Positions 23,059 to 23,506 of a DNA stretch of 23,506 nt are shown piece after piece (positions within the stretch are counted from its first letter, which is position 1; every line of letters starts with the position of its first letter). Source of the DNA: Geosiphon pyriformis uo1 (Eukaryota; Fungi; Glomeromycota); assembly GCA_016748015.1 (NCBI GenBank), contig JAAOMT010000250.1:1-23506 (forward strand). Direction: 5' to 3'. The notes beneath the pieces were generated by a model, which did no database searches, had not been told where the DNA came from, and saw only the letters and a program-made list of their open reading frames with translations. A program made the translations under genes and the position numbers.

Positions 23059-23506
23059 CAGTCAGACCTCTATAAAAGAACACAGTTGGGACATGCAAAT
23101 TATGTTCCATTTTAGAGGTGTTCTATTATAAAGTTTTATAATTATTATCAAATAAACTATATTTATTTATTAAATCAATCAATTATTATTGTTATTAAAA
23201 TATTGATTAACTTTTACCTGTTTTTTAGAATTTTCCTTCATTTTTTCTAAATAAATTTTGGTTTTCTATACTAAAATTTTCTTCTGCTAATTGCTCTTCA
23301 AATCTAATTACCTTTTTTAATGCTTCATATGCTTCTGTAATTGTAATTATAGCAGGTGGAGATTTTTCTAATTCTTCTTCTGAGTCATTAATTGTATTGG
23401 TTTCAATTTGAGCATCGGCTAAAACTATATCTACAATTTCATTATCATCAAGAATATTTTCAGTTGCCAATAATTCATCAACTGCTACAGTATAATCTTC
23501 GAGATT
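23059..23506 (-). mobile_element. 3' end of a pogo/Tigger-like (Tc1/mariner superfamily) DNA transposon, truncated by the window edge
   Basis: TA (23057-58) followed by a TIR-like CAGTCAGACCTCTATAAAAGAACA. The internal motif recurs inverted at 23103-23119 and 23119-23134. Adjacent ORF resembles the acidic CENP-B/pogo C-terminus. Confidence 0.75.
23179..23506 (-). pseudogene. C-terminal portion of a pogo/Tigger (CENP-B-like) transposase, frameshifted near the C-terminus
   Basis: ...DELLATENILDDNEIVDIVL...DSEEELE...ITITEAYEALKKVIRFEEQ... matches the typical pogo tail layout. The expected terminal KKQVKVNQYF lies in another frame (23226-23197; stop at 23179). Confidence 0.7.

Overview
Very AT-rich eukaryotic (fungal) genomic DNA with short GT-AG introns. 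The kinase type, P450 type and base composition suggest an early-diverging fungus, most likely Glomeromycotina (arbuscular mycorrhizal fungi); this is inference. Three intact spliced genes can be rebuilt by hand: (1) an 8-exon cytochrome P450 (+, 7975-10105, about 514 aa); (2) a 5-exon secreted or membrane-anchored class-3 lipase-like gene (-, 15439-14016, about 372 aa) whose nucleophile Ser is replaced by Ala (GHAIGG); (3) a TKL-type Ser/Thr kinase with an N-terminal CxxC cluster (-, 18367 to about 16764/16955). Repeat-rich, decayed DNA flanks these genes. It includes a probable transposon terminus with ~20-bp subterminal repeats, a P-loop NTPase pseudogene, a 57-bp formerly coding tandem array, a MITE-like element, the 3' end of a pogo/Tigger-like transposon, and two ultra-AT-rich, CpG-stripped blocks. 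The most notable signals are the catalytically dead but structurally conserved lipase and directional C>T/G>A hypermutation of repeats (methylation-driven or RIP-like). No RNA genes or CRISPR arrays were seen. I cannot claim a defined novel multi-gene system from sequence alone.
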